Of a stretch of 32,000 nt of DNA, positions 8,578 through 18,136 are shown in pieces (position 1 is the first letter of the stretch; every line of letters begins with the position of its first letter). The DNA is from an archaeon (lineage in GTDB: Archaea; Iainarchaeota; Iainarchaeia; Iainarchaeales; 1-14-0-10-31-34): contig JAJRVL010000004.1 in the NCBI GenBank assembly GCA_024277355.1, positions 180,001-212,000 of the forward strand. The letters run 5' to 3'. A program made the translations under genes and the position numbers. The notes below the pieces were generated by a model, which ran no database searches, had not been told where the DNA came from, and saw nothing but the letters and a program-made list of their open reading frames with translations.

Positions 8578-9045
8578 TTAACTTTTAATAAAGTATAAAA
8601 CTTTTTTTCCTGACTGAGCTTTCTTCAAATAGCCTTCTCTAAAAAGCTTGTTTAACCTTTGAGAGGCAGCATTAATTCCTTTGTAAGATAATTCTTCTTT
8701 AACTTCTGTTGCAGTAACAGCATTTTTCCTGGAAATTAAATCCATGATTTTTTTATCCTGTTCAGCTAACAAAATAAAAGAATTTTCTTCTTTTGTTTCA
8801 GGAATTTCTTTTGTTTTAAGCTCAAACATTATTCTGTCAAATTTATTGTTTACTTCTGAAAGTAATTTGTTTGTTGCTTCCCTTTCCTGTGCCAACTTAA
8901 ATAACAGCATTGAAACAAAGAACGGATCCTTGCTTTGCTGGAATATCTCATTAATGTCCAAAGTAAGTTCATCAAATTTAGGGTTTAACTTTTTTACAGC
9001 CTCCCTAGACTTCATTAACTCTTTGAACATATCATGATTATTCAT
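8578..9045 (-). CDS. Winged-helix transcriptional regulator-like protein
   Basis: C-terminal wHTH-like ITATEVKEEL-type pattern: DKKIMDLISRKNAVTATEVKEELSYKGINAASQRLNKLFREGYLKKAQSGKKVLYFI. Confidence 0.65.
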   Translation of the reverse strand: MNNHDMFKELMKSREAVKKLNPKFDELTLDINEIFQQSKDPFFVSMLLFKLAQEREATNKLLSEVNNKFDRIMFELKTKEIPETKEENSFILLAEQDKKIMDLISRKNAVTATEVKEELSYKGINAASQRLNKLFREGYLKKAQSGKKVLYFIKS

Positions 9046-9049
9046 GTCA

Positions 9050-9070
9050 TATCATGATAGTATCATGATA
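9050..9070. promoter_or_regulatory. Double palindromic operator candidate TATCATGATA-G-TATCATGATA
   Basis: Two perfect 10-bp palindromes, 11 bp centre to centre, lying 5-25 bp upstream of the wHTH gene start and next to TTTAAATA. Confidence 0.6.
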
Positions 9071-9130
9071 TTTAAATACTTTTCGTTTTCAGATTTCTCT
9101 TTTAAAAATAGTTATATAAATTTATATAAG

Positions 9131-9451
9131 TTATTTAAAGTTGAATTCTTTTCCCATATGGCTTATAATTAAAGATGCTTTTAGCATAAAAACAAAAAAG
9201 AAACCAACTAAAATTGTTCCTGGAAGCTGTCTTAAAAAAGGATCTGCAATATAAACTAATTCTGCTTCCATTAAAAAAGTCCATAAAGCATAAGGAAACC
9301 CACATAAAAGAACTGAAAGACTTAACCATTTTGTTAAATCCTTCATATGCCCTTGTGTAAAATCTTTATAAGCATTAAACAGTAATAAACCTGAAACTAA
9401 ACCTAATAAGGTTACTACAAACGAACCAAAAATTGTTATTGCAGAATCCAT
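9131..9451 (-). CDS. Small multi-pass membrane protein (hypothetical)
   Basis: 106-aa ORF with three or more hydrophobic segments. Confidence 0.6.
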   Translation of the reverse strand: MDSAITIFGSFVVTLLGLVSGLLLFNAYKDFTQGHMKDLTKWLSLSVLLCGFPYALWTFLMEAELVYIADPFLRQLPGTILVGFFFVFMLKASLIISHMGKEFNFK

Positions 9452-9560
9452 TTAATCATCTTTTTTTATTTAAGTATAATAAGAAAAGACTAGTATTTAT
9501 ACTTTTGCAAAAAGAAAAAAAAAGAAAAACAGTGCTACCTCAGATAGCACAACAGTTGAG

Positions 9561-9833
9561 TTATTTTGACATTAAAATTTCAATTGAAGAAACTTTTAAT
9601 GCTCCGCCTTCATCTGAAGAAATTTCTTCGGTTGAAGTGGAAATATTACTTATTTTCAAATCCTTAATGAATTTGTTTTTTACAATTTCTGAAACATCTA
9701 CTGCACGAGAAATTGCTTTTACTCTTGCTTTAATGCTTATTTCTTTTGCGCCTGCGTTAACTTGTGTTACAACAGCTAACACATAAGCCATTGTTCCTTT
9801 TTTTCCTATAAAAATTGTGTTTTCTTCTGCCAT
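9561..9833 (-). CDS. albA: DNA/RNA-binding protein Alba
   Basis: MAEENTIFIGKKGTMAYVLAVVTQVNAGAKEISIKARVKAISRAVDVSEIVKNKF, a characteristic Alba sequence. Start refined from the track ORF (9884) to the Met at 9833. Confidence 0.93.
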   Translation of the reverse strand: MAEENTIFIGKKGTMAYVLAVVTQVNAGAKEISIKARVKAISRAVDVSEIVKNKFIKDLKISNISTSTEEISSDEGGALKVSSIEILMSK

Positions 9834-9955
9834 ACTGTTTGCACCTCCAAATGCAATTGTGAATAAACTGTTATTGCTAAACATAATATTGTAAGTTTAG
9901 GTTTATTAATATTTTGATAAAAAAAAATAAAAAAAAATAGAAGAAATATCTGAGA

Positions 9956-10798
9956 CTATCTCAGATACTTAAGGGTTGCATCAAATATTCCTTTTGAATA
10001 TCCTGGATCATAACCAAAATACAAACTTTTTCCTACAACTAATTTTTTTTCTACTATTGCAGGATATTGTTCTGCTTGGTTTTCAAAAGGAAATCTTTCA
10101 ATCCAGGCAACTTGTTTTCCGGTTACATTTACTGGAAAAGTTTCAAGCAAATAAGCTCCTCCTTCTGCTGGAGCTTCTTCTATGCCTCGCATAATTGGAT
10201 GCTTGTAGTCATCTCTGTAAATTTTTCCTGTTACATGAATTCTTCTTAGACAAGTTGGTTCATCTAATGAGCCTTCTTTGTCGCATTTAACTGGAACAAT
10301 ATTTCCAAAAGTTGCTTCCCATCCTAAAACCCCTGAATCATTTGTTCTTCGAATGCCTGAATCCATTACTAGAATGAATTTTCCGCCTCTTGAAACATAA
10401 TTTTGTATTGCTTCTCCTAATTGTCTTGAAACTTCTTTGTCTGCTTCTAAATGCTGGTCTAATACTACTATGTCATATTGAGCTAAAATGTCTTCAGCAT
10501 TAGTAGTTAAACGGTCTGCTTGTCTTACATCAAATCGAACTAAGTCTTTATCTTGATTTAAAACTGACTGGAATTCAACTGAAGGGCTTCCAATAATAAG
10601 CATATCCATTGGACCTCTGGTTGTTAATCCAGGAATACTCCAGAAACCAAATTGGTTCCCTAAAAAAGCAACTATTACAAGAATTAAAATTAAAGGAATT
10701 ATTCCTTCTAATGAATATTTTAGTTTTGACTGCATGCCTGAATCCTCTGGGAAATCCTGAGGCATTGGTTCAGGGCCTGCTCCTCCTTCATCATACAC
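9956..10798 (-). CDS. Membrane-anchored protein with GATase1-like/DUF4350-like domain
   Basis: One N-terminal TM (GIIPLILILVIVAFLG) followed by MLIIGSPS...YDIVVLDQ...IQNYVSRGGKFILVMDSG. Confidence 0.6.
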   Translation of the reverse strand: MYDEGGAGPEPMPQDFPEDSGMQSKLKYSLEGIIPLILILVIVAFLGNQFGFWSIPGLTTRGPMDMLIIGSPSVEFQSVLNQDKDLVRFDVRQADRLTTNAEDILAQYDIVVLDQHLEADKEVSRQLGEAIQNYVSRGGKFILVMDSGIRRTNDSGVLGWEATFGNIVPVKCDKEGSLDEPTCLRRIHVTGKIYRDDYKHPIMRGIEEAPAEGGAYLLETFPVNVTGKQVAWIERFPFENQAEQYPAIVEKKLVVGKSLYFGYDPGYSKGIFDATLKYLR

Positions 10799-11061
10799 TT
10801 TGTTTCACCTTCCAATAAACGATTTATAGTAAATTAATTGTTTTTAGTTCTTTAAATATTTAATGTTTTTAAAGAATTAAAAGAATAATACTGTTTTCTG
10901 ATTAATAAAGGTTTTCCTTGCTTTTACCTTATTCAAAAAGTTAGAGCTTTAATGAATAGCTGATTATTTTCTAAATTTTCAATTCTGTCAAATAAAATAG
11001 CAAAACTAAACTATTTTTTCAATGCCGACAAGTACGCAGTTTATACAAAATATAAAAGATG

Positions 11062-12072
11062 CTATGAACAAATATCGTCAACGTTATCAAAAGAAAATTC
11101 GTTTAAAGAATGATGAAGATTAATTTTCAATAAAACGTTTTTTGAATTTTGGTTTTCATAATAAATTTTTATTTCAGTTAATTCATCTTCTTTTTCTTTT
11201 ATCGGAAAATAATACTTTGGATTAACTGGATATTCTGCTTCCCAACTTTTCCTTTGCATTGGAAAATAAAAGAAAGAAACTTTAGCTATTTCATTTGGTT
11301 CTAAATTATCTATTTTTATTTCTTTGAATGATTGTTTACAAGGAATTTTTTCCCCTAAAATTTTAGTATAATCAAGAATGTCATCATTACAAATAGTAAG
11401 AACTTTTCCTTTGAAAGCTTCATCTAAAGTTATTTCATTTTCAGATAAAACTTCATCAAAATTTGTTCTGGTTACCTTAAGAACAACATATTCATTTTCT
11501 TTTGTTATAAAATATTGTTTATCCCATAAGTCTTCAGGAGATTTTTTTCTGTATCCTGCACTAAAACTAAATCTTTCAATGTTTCCAAATTGAAGGTCTC
11601 CATTTGATTGAGTTTCAAATGAAAATTTTATTTGTCCGCTATTTGCGTCTCCGCTGTTAACTATCACAAAACTTAAAATAGGGGCAAAAATTGTCTGAAC
11701 ATAGTTTTCATCATATTTAACTTGGGTGCCAGCAATTACTGTGTTTCTTTCACGAGTGTTTTCTAATGAATGAATGCTTACTATCGGTCTTTCAAAAGAC
11801 AAACTCAAAGGCTTCTCTCTCGGCAAACCTTTTTCAAAATCACATTTTCTTATTTCAAAATTTAATTCATCTTGAGCATCAATAATAACATAGTCTGAAG
11901 GGAAAATACTCTCATAACTCAAAAAATATAAATCAATTTCCGCTTTCTTTGATTCTACAAATTCGTTTTCTGTGTTGTTTTCTTCTGATTCAATACAACC
12001 AGAAAGAAGTAAAACAAAAAGCAGACTAATCAAAGCAACTTGAAAAATTTTCCTGTTAGAATCCAGAAACAT
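11062..12072 (-). CDS. Lipoprotein, hypothetical
   Basis: Signal peptide with lipobox LLLSGC near the N-terminus, followed by a beta-rich-looking extracellular domain. Confidence 0.7.
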   Translation of the reverse strand: MFLDSNRKIFQVALISLLFVLLLSGCIESEENNTENEFVESKKAEIDLYFLSYESIFPSDYVIIDAQDELNFEIRKCDFEKGLPREKPLSLSFERPIVSIHSLENTRERNTVIAGTQVKYDENYVQTIFAPILSFVIVNSGDANSGQIKFSFETQSNGDLQFGNIERFSFSAGYRKKSPEDLWDKQYFITKENEYVVLKVTRTNFDEVLSENEITLDEAFKGKVLTICNDDILDYTKILGEKIPCKQSFKEIKIDNLEPNEIAKVSFFYFPMQRKSWEAEYPVNPKYYFPIKEKEDELTEIKIYYENQNSKNVLLKINLHHSLNEFSFDNVDDICS

Positions 12073-12215
12073 CTAAATTATTGTATAAAAACATGTTTTT
12101 AAATGTTGTACAAAAAATCGTACAAATTAAATGCAATTTAAATTGACAAAGTCAAGAAATTTTTCTTGATGAGATTTTTTTAATAAAGGTTTTTTTTTAG
12201 GAATAAAAAATCACT

Positions 12216-13190
12216 TCATTCCAAAAGCGAATAATACATGTTTTCTATAAATAAATAAGTTTCAACCGGCTGGCCTTTCATTAAAAAAGTTTCAGGAGGA
12301 ACAGAATAATATACAATGCTTTCACCTAAACCTGAAGGAGAAGAAATCATTATTACCGGAAAAGTTGAACCATAATTTGTTCCTTTAGTTTTTATAATTC
12401 CTTTTTCATCAATAATTGAACTTAAAGCATCAACAGTTAAAATTTCAGTGTTTCTTTTATCTAGTCTTTTTTCAACTAAAGAAAAATTTCCTCTTAACTC
12501 AAAATTTGGATTTAAACCCTGAATTAAAGAATGAGTTTCTCCGGGAGTTTTTCTGAAATAACCAATAAAAGGCAAGTCATCTTGACATTCTTTTGCATCA
12601 CAATAATTTCCAATAAATTCAACTGACAAAAGTTTATCTAAAGAAACCTGATAGTTTCCGTCGTCTTTAATTAATTTTCTTGCCCAAGGACCAATAGGAG
12701 TATCTTCGCTTTCAGGATATCTTTCTGATTCCAATAAAAGCAAATCCCCTTTAACTGTTTCTGTTCCTGCATCTCCAATCCAGACTAATTTTCCGTTTGT
12801 AGGAGGAGAAGCATATTCAATAAATGAATTCATTTGCTCTGTACTCATTTTTTTTGCTTTATCAACAATAACTAAACTGTAATTTTTTAAAAAACCCGGA
12901 GAAATATTTTTTAAGTGAATCATATCTGCTTTTTTATTTAAATATTCAGGATGCTGAATTGCCTTCTGCAGTAAAAACGGATCACCTAAACCTTCATCTC
13001 CGTAAACAATCAGAATATTTGGTTCTCCTGCAACAGCATAATAAATTGAACACCAGCCAGGAACTGCAGAACATTTAACTACTCCGCTCCAGGTTAAAAT
13101 CCCTAAAATTAATGAAACTAAAACAAGCAAAGTAAGAATATGAAATGCATCATTTATCATTTGCCTTTGTTTTGGATCATACATTAACAT
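12216..13190 (-). CDS. Membrane-anchored protein with GATase1-like domain
   Basis: N-terminal TM (ILTLLVLVSLILGILTW) then PNILIVYGDEG...YSLVIVDKAKKMSTEQMNSFIEYASPPTNGKLVWIGDAG. The layout resembles 9956-10798. Confidence 0.6.
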   Translation of the reverse strand: MLMYDPKQRQMINDAFHILTLLVLVSLILGILTWSGVVKCSAVPGWCSIYYAVAGEPNILIVYGDEGLGDPFLLQKAIQHPEYLNKKADMIHLKNISPGFLKNYSLVIVDKAKKMSTEQMNSFIEYASPPTNGKLVWIGDAGTETVKGDLLLLESERYPESEDTPIGPWARKLIKDDGNYQVSLDKLLSVEFIGNYCDAKECQDDLPFIGYFRKTPGETHSLIQGLNPNFELRGNFSLVEKRLDKRNTEILTVDALSSIIDEKGIIKTKGTNYGSTFPVIMISSPSGLGESIVYYSVPPETFLMKGQPVETYLFIENMYYSLLE

Positions 13191-13278
13191 TACCTTTTTA
13201 ATCTTTAATTAACAGTAATTAAATAGAATTTATTTCTTATTAAACTTTTTGTATTAAAAAGTATTAAAGTGATATTTT

Positions 13279-13452
13279 ATGGTAAAATTAACTCATGGAC
13301 CAGCTGCATCAGGACCAAGTTCTTCTTTAGGAATAATGAGGTTCTTTGATGTAGATACAGGCGGACCAAAATTATCCCCTGAATTTGTAGTTGGATTAGC
13401 TTTAGCAGTAATAATTTTAATTTTGTTATTAAAGAACTTTAATGTATTCTGA
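13279..13452 (+). CDS. Preprotein translocase subunit Sec61-beta (SecG-like), not in the ORF track
   Basis: Manual translation MVKLTHGPAASGPSSSLGIMRFFDVDTGGPKLSPEFVVGLALAVIILILLLKNFNVF*. Hallmark GIMRFFDxDTGGPKLSPExVxG plus a C-terminal TM. SD GTGAT is upstream. Confidence 0.93.
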   Translation: MVKLTHGPAASGPSSSLGIMRFFDVDTGGPKLSPEFVVGLALAVIILILLLKNFNVF

Positions 13453-13494
13453 AATTAATTAACTTTTTTAACTACTTTAATGTTATCTTAGTAC

Positions 13495-16092
13495 ATGACA
13501 GAATTTTTTTCTTTAAACATTAAAGAAGTATTAGAAAAACTTAATTCAAATGAAAACGGTTTAACTGATTCAGAAGCATTTGAAAGAAGAAAAAAATTTG
13601 GTTTAAATAAATTACAGGAAAAAAAAGGAATAACTAAATTAGAAATTTTATTTAATCAGTTTAAAAGTTTAATTATCTGGGTTTTAATTGCAGCTTCATT
13701 AATTTCTTTTTTTATTGGAGAAACCATTGACGCATTAGTCATTTTAATTTTAGTTATAGTTAACTCTGCAATAGGATTTATTCAGGAATATAATGCAGAC
13801 AAATCAATTCATGCACTAAAAAAATTAATGAACTTAAAATCAGTCATTAAAAGAAACGGAAAAATAATTGAAGTTAACTCAGAAAATTTAGTGCCAGGAG
13901 ATATTATTCTATTAGAAGAAGGAATTAAAGTTCCGGCAGACATCAGATTAATTGAAGTGATTTCGCTTGAAGCAATGGAAGCTTCATTAACAGGAGAAAG
14001 CCAGCCGGTAAAAAAACAAACTGAAACATTAACTGAAAAAATTCATTTAGCTGAAAGAAACAACATGGTTTTTTCAGGAACAATAATTACAAAAGGCAAA
14101 GGAAAAGGAATTATTGTTTCAACCGGAATGAAAACAGAAATAGGAAAAATTGCAGATTTAATTCAGGAACAAGGAGAAGAACCAACTTTACTGCAAAAAA
14201 AATTAGCAGTATTAGGAAAATGGATTGCAATTGCAACAATTATAATTTGTATAATAATTTTTTTCAGCATAGTTTTGATTTCAGGAACTTCAATTGAAAA
14301 TATAAGCCAGGCGTTTATGGTTTCAGTTAGTTTAGCTGTAGCTGCAATTCCTGAAGGACTTCCTGCAATTGTAACTATTTCTCTAGCTTTAGGAATTCAA
14401 AGAATGGTGAAAAAAAAATCTTTAATCAGAAGACTGCCTGCAGTTGAAACTTTAGGAAGCGTTGATGTAATTTGTACTGATAAAACAGGAACTTTAACTA
14501 AAAATGAAATGACTGTACGAGAAATGTATTTTTCAGGAAAAAAAATTTCCATAAAAGAAAAAGAATTTACTGCAGAAGGAAAAAAAGAATTAGATTTATC
14601 TTTACTTTTAAATGCAGGAGTTTTATGCAATAATTCTGTTTTAAATGAAAAAGAAAAAATAGGAGATCCGACTGAATTAAGTTTATTGACTGTTGCAGTA
14701 AAAGCAGGAATACAAAAAGAAAAACTAGAAATGCATTATCAAAGAATAAATGAAATTCCTTTTTCTTCTGAAAGAAAATTAATGACTACAATTCATTCTT
14801 ATAAAGGAAAAAAAATTTCTTTTACTAAAGGAGGAATAGATGTAATATTAGATTTATGCACTAAAATTTTTGAGAACGGAAAAATAAGGACAATAACTTT
14901 TTCTGACAAACAAAAAATTCTTAATGCAAACCAGGAAATGGCAGAAAAAGCAATGAGAGTTTTAGGTTTTGCGTTTAAAGAAGAAAGAACAGAAAAAGAA
15001 GAGCAAATGATTTTTTTGGGTTTAATGGGAATGAATGATCCTCCAAGAAAAGAAGTAAAACTTTCACTTGAATTATGCAGGCAGGCAGGAATAAAAGTAA
15101 TAATGATTACAGGCGACCATTTACTTACCGCTAAAGCAGTAGCAAAAGAATTAGGTTTAGGGATTAATGCTTTAATTGGAAAAGAATTAAATGAAATTTC
15201 AGATGAAGAATTAAAAGAAAAAATTGAAGGAATAGATATTTTTGCTCGAGTTAATCCTTCACATAAAATGAGAATTATTTCTGCATTAAAATCAAATAAT
15301 CATTTAGTTGCAATGACTGGAGACGGAGTAAATGATGCTCCTGCATTAAAAAAAGCAGACATTGGAATTTCAATGGGAATAAAAGGAACTGATATTTCCA
15401 AAGAATCAAGCGACATGGTTTTAATGAACGATAATTTTTCTTCTATTGTTGAAGCAGTAAAAGAAGGAAGAGGAATTTACGACAACATAAAAAAATTCGT
15501 TAATTATTTATTGTCATGTAATTTAGGAGAAGTATTATTGATTTTTTCTGCAATAATTATCTGGAGAGATTCTCCTGAAATGATTATTCCTTTAATTCCA
15601 ATTCAATTATTATGGTTAAATATTGTAACTGACGGCCTTCCTGCTTTAGCTTTAGGTCTGGATCCAACAGAAAAAAACATTATGAAAAGACCTCCAAGAA
15701 ATTCAGCTGAACAAATTATAAACAAAAAAATGTTTTTGACTGTAATTTTTGTCGGAATAACAATAGCAATAGGCTCCCTTTACTTGTTTGCAATTCATTT
15801 ACCTGATTTAATGTTAGCACAGACTGTTGCATTTACTTCTTTAGTTGTATTTGAAATTTTCAGGCTGCAGGCAATACGTTCGAATTTTAATATTGGAATT
15901 TTCTCAAATAAATGGTTAATTGGAGCAGTTATTACTTCAATTGCATTGCAGTTAGCAGTAATTTACACTCCATTAAATGTTTTCTTTAAGACTGTTCCAT
16001 TAGGATTAGATTCATGGATGCAAATAATAGGAGTATCAATTGTCTTGTTTATTTTAAGCATAGGATTTAATAAAATAATAAAAGATAAGTGA
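13495..16092 (+). CDS. Cation-translocating P-type ATPase (Ca2+-type, P2A-like)
   Basis: DKTGTLTKNEM phosphorylation motif, TGES, AAIPEGLPAIV, MTGDGVNDAPALKKADIGISM. Confidence 0.93.
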   Translation: MTEFFSLNIKEVLEKLNSNENGLTDSEAFERRKKFGLNKLQEKKGITKLEILFNQFKSLIIWVLIAASLISFFIGETIDALVILILVIVNSAIGFIQEYNADKSIHALKKLMNLKSVIKRNGKIIEVNSENLVPGDIILLEEGIKVPADIRLIEVISLEAMEASLTGESQPVKKQTETLTEKIHLAERNNMVFSGTIITKGKGKGIIVSTGMKTEIGKIADLIQEQGEEPTLLQKKLAVLGKWIAIATIIICIIIFFSIVLISGTSIENISQAFMVSVSLAVAAIPEGLPAIVTISLALGIQRMVKKKSLIRRLPAVETLGSVDVICTDKTGTLTKNEMTVREMYFSGKKISIKEKEFTAEGKKELDLSLLLNAGVLCNNSVLNEKEKIGDPTELSLLTVAVKAGIQKEKLEMHYQRINEIPFSSERKLMTTIHSYKGKKISFTKGGIDVILDLCTKIFENGKIRTITFSDKQKILNANQEMAEKAMRVLGFAFKEERTEKEEQMIFLGLMGMNDPPRKEVKLSLELCRQAGIKVIMITGDHLLTAKAVAKELGLGINALIGKELNEISDEELKEKIEGIDIFARVNPSHKMRIISALKSNNHLVAMTGDGVNDAPALKKADIGISMGIKGTDISKESSDMVLMNDNFSSIVEAVKEGRGIYDNIKKFVNYLLSCNLGEVLLIFSAIIIWRDSPEMIIPLIPIQLLWLNIVTDGLPALALGLDPTEKNIMKRPPRNSAEQIINKKMFLTVIFVGITIAIGSLYLFAIHLPDLMLAQTVAFTSLVVFEIFRLQAIRSNFNIGIFSNKWLIGAVITSIALQLAVIYTPLNVFFKTVPLGLDSWMQIIGVSIVLFILSIGFNKIIKDK

Positions 16093-16098
16093 AGCAAG

Positions 16099-17592
16099 TT
16101 ATGCTCCACATCCTGCTGAAGGTGCAGAAGTATTACTGCTTGTTCCAGTTAAAGTTTTTTCACATCCAGCCAAATCATTATAAGAACAAAAAACTTTTTT
16201 TATTGCTTCAGCTGAACCTGCTCTGAATAAAGTTTGTCCATTAATAATAAAAGTTGGAGAACTTCCTATTCCTAAAAGATTTCCTTCTTTTATGTTATTA
16301 CTGAATAATGTTTTTCCTTCTTCTCCAGTTGAACATGATTCAATTACATCAACTTCAATTTCTGATTTGATTGCACATGCTTTCCAGTTGCCTTCAACAT
16401 TTTTAATGTCTTTATTTACACAAGAAGTATAATCTAATAATTTTTCTCGGTTATATTTGATTATGCATGCTTGTCTGATGTCTTCATTTATTTCTACTTG
16501 ACCATGTAATGACTCAAATTTCCCGTCTTTTTCATTTGCAATGAAATACAAATTAAAAGTTAATTCAGGAATTGCTTCTGCTACTTCTTTCAGATTGTTT
16601 TCAGCTAAAGTTCCATAAGGACACTGACTCATAACAAACAAATCAACATGATTTGGTTTTTCTGTTCGGTTAAAGAATTTTGTGCCGGTGTAAGCTAAAG
16701 CAAATAATCCTTCTTTTTCTTCAGTGTATAATTTAAATTTACTCCAATTGTAATGATTTTTTATTGTTTCATCAAAATAAAAGAATGGAACTGTTTCTGC
16801 CTGGAATTGATTTAAAACTTTTTTTCCTTGTTCTGAAGTAAAATCAATTTCAGTTACTTTCAATTTAGGAAAAAATCCTTTTAACTGAGAAACAATTGCA
16901 CTTGCATTGCATTCATTGCATTCCAAGTCATTTACAACAAATAAGCTTACTTCTGTTTCTTCTGGAAGAGAATTACATGGTTCTGCGTCAATATAAGAAC
17001 AAATTGCTCTTGTAATATCTTCTGCACTTCTTCCTCCTAAATATGGTTCATTATTGATATAATATGAAGGAGAACTTCCTATTGCTAATTCTTTTGTTCT
17101 GTTAATGCTTTCCTTAAATAATGTTTTGCCTTTTTCTCCTGTTGAACAGGATTCAATTTCTTCTGTGTTAAATCCAGTTTGTTCTGAACAAGTTTTCCAG
17201 TTTGATTCAACATTCTTAATGTCTTTATTTACACAAGATAAATAATCAAAAAATTTTTCTCTTGAATAATCTTTTTGAATACAAGCCTGTCTTATTCCTT
17301 CATCTATTTCCACTTGACCGTGTAATGAACTAAATCCATTTGAAGTTTCACTTGCAATAAACTGAATTTTAAAATCAACTTTGTCTCCAAAAGCTTTAAT
17401 TGCAGGAATAATTAATTCTTCTGCCTGAGTTCCATAAGGACACTGACTCATAACAAATAATTCCACTGGCAATCCTTTTTCTTCAGTTTTTGTGTTATTG
17501 TTATTATTGTTATTTTGATTATTAGGTGGATTTGCTAAAGTGCAACCTAAAGCAAATAAAGCAATTAATAAAAGTAAAAAAATTTTTTTCAT
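16099..17592 (-). CDS. Lipoprotein with duplicated DsbA/GILT-like thioredoxin-fold domains and a middle CxxC domain
   Basis: Lipobox ALGC, Asn-rich linker, two repeats of LFVMSQCPYGT...SLHGQVEI...IRQACI...YxSCVNKDIKNVE.NWK.C...IGSSP..., and a central LFVVNDLECNECNAS domain. Confidence 0.85.
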   Translation of the reverse strand: MKKIFLLLLIALFALGCTLANPPNNQNNNNNNNTKTEEKGLPVELFVMSQCPYGTQAEELIIPAIKAFGDKVDFKIQFIASETSNGFSSLHGQVEIDEGIRQACIQKDYSREKFFDYLSCVNKDIKNVESNWKTCSEQTGFNTEEIESCSTGEKGKTLFKESINRTKELAIGSSPSYYINNEPYLGGRSAEDITRAICSYIDAEPCNSLPEETEVSLFVVNDLECNECNASAIVSQLKGFFPKLKVTEIDFTSEQGKKVLNQFQAETVPFFYFDETIKNHYNWSKFKLYTEEKEGLFALAYTGTKFFNRTEKPNHVDLFVMSQCPYGTLAENNLKEVAEAIPELTFNLYFIANEKDGKFESLHGQVEINEDIRQACIIKYNREKLLDYTSCVNKDIKNVEGNWKACAIKSEIEVDVIESCSTGEEGKTLFSNNIKEGNLLGIGSSPTFIINGQTLFRAGSAEAIKKVFCSYNDLAGCEKTLTGTSSNTSAPSAGCGA

Positions 17593-17668
17593 TCAATTCC
17601 CCCTTTAAAAGACAAAGTCTTTCAAATAATGGTTTCAATAAGTATTTAAAAGATTTCATTTGATTAGC

Positions 17669-18100
17669 TTAAACTTTTGATTTAATTTGAGCTAAAGTTT
17701 CTTTTATTTCATCTAAATCTTTTTGTACGTTTTCAATTTCTCTTTCTGCTTTTCTGTTAATCATATAATCTCTTTCAAATTTAATTCTGTCTCTTTGAAC
17801 TTGTCTGTTCTGGCTCATTAAAATTACAGGAGCCTGAATTGCAGCCAGCAAACTTAAACCTAAATTTAATAAAATAAATGGATAAGGATCCCATATTTCA
17901 AAAAACAAGCCGTATAAATTCAGGCAAATCCATACAACAACAACTAACCCAAAAATTAAAATAAAAGTCCAGCTTCCACCGAATTCAGTTATTTTATCTG
18001 CAGCTTTTTCTCCTAAAGAAGGTTTTTTTGGATAATAATGCGAATGAGTATTAAAATTCATTACAGGACTCTTAGAAGTCTTTTGATTGTTTTTTTCCAT
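17669..18100 (-). CDS. DUF1003 family membrane protein
   Basis: ADKITEFGGSWTFILIF...DPYPFILLNLGLSLLAAIQAPVILMSQNRQ..RDR, the DUF1003 signature. Confidence 0.88.
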   Translation of the reverse strand: MEKNNQKTSKSPVMNFNTHSHYYPKKPSLGEKAADKITEFGGSWTFILIFGLVVVVWICLNLYGLFFEIWDPYPFILLNLGLSLLAAIQAPVILMSQNRQVQRDRIKFERDYMINRKAEREIENVQKDLDEIKETLAQIKSKV

Positions 18101-18136
18101 TTAAAATCAGAAAAACAAGGAAGAGGTTATTAATAA

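Noticed and set aside
8530-8580. Possible degenerate or split tRNA (GGGGGTCTTAGTGGTCTAAC resembles a 5' half)
   Set aside because: No matching acceptor, anticodon or T arm could be found, and the segment is better explained by the CTGCTGTTA/TAACAGCAG hairpin.
12080-12170. Short repeats TTGTACAAAAAATCGTACAAA upstream of the lipoprotein gene
   Set aside because: Only two imperfect GTACAAA units in an AT-rich promoter region; too short to support a specific regulatory claim.
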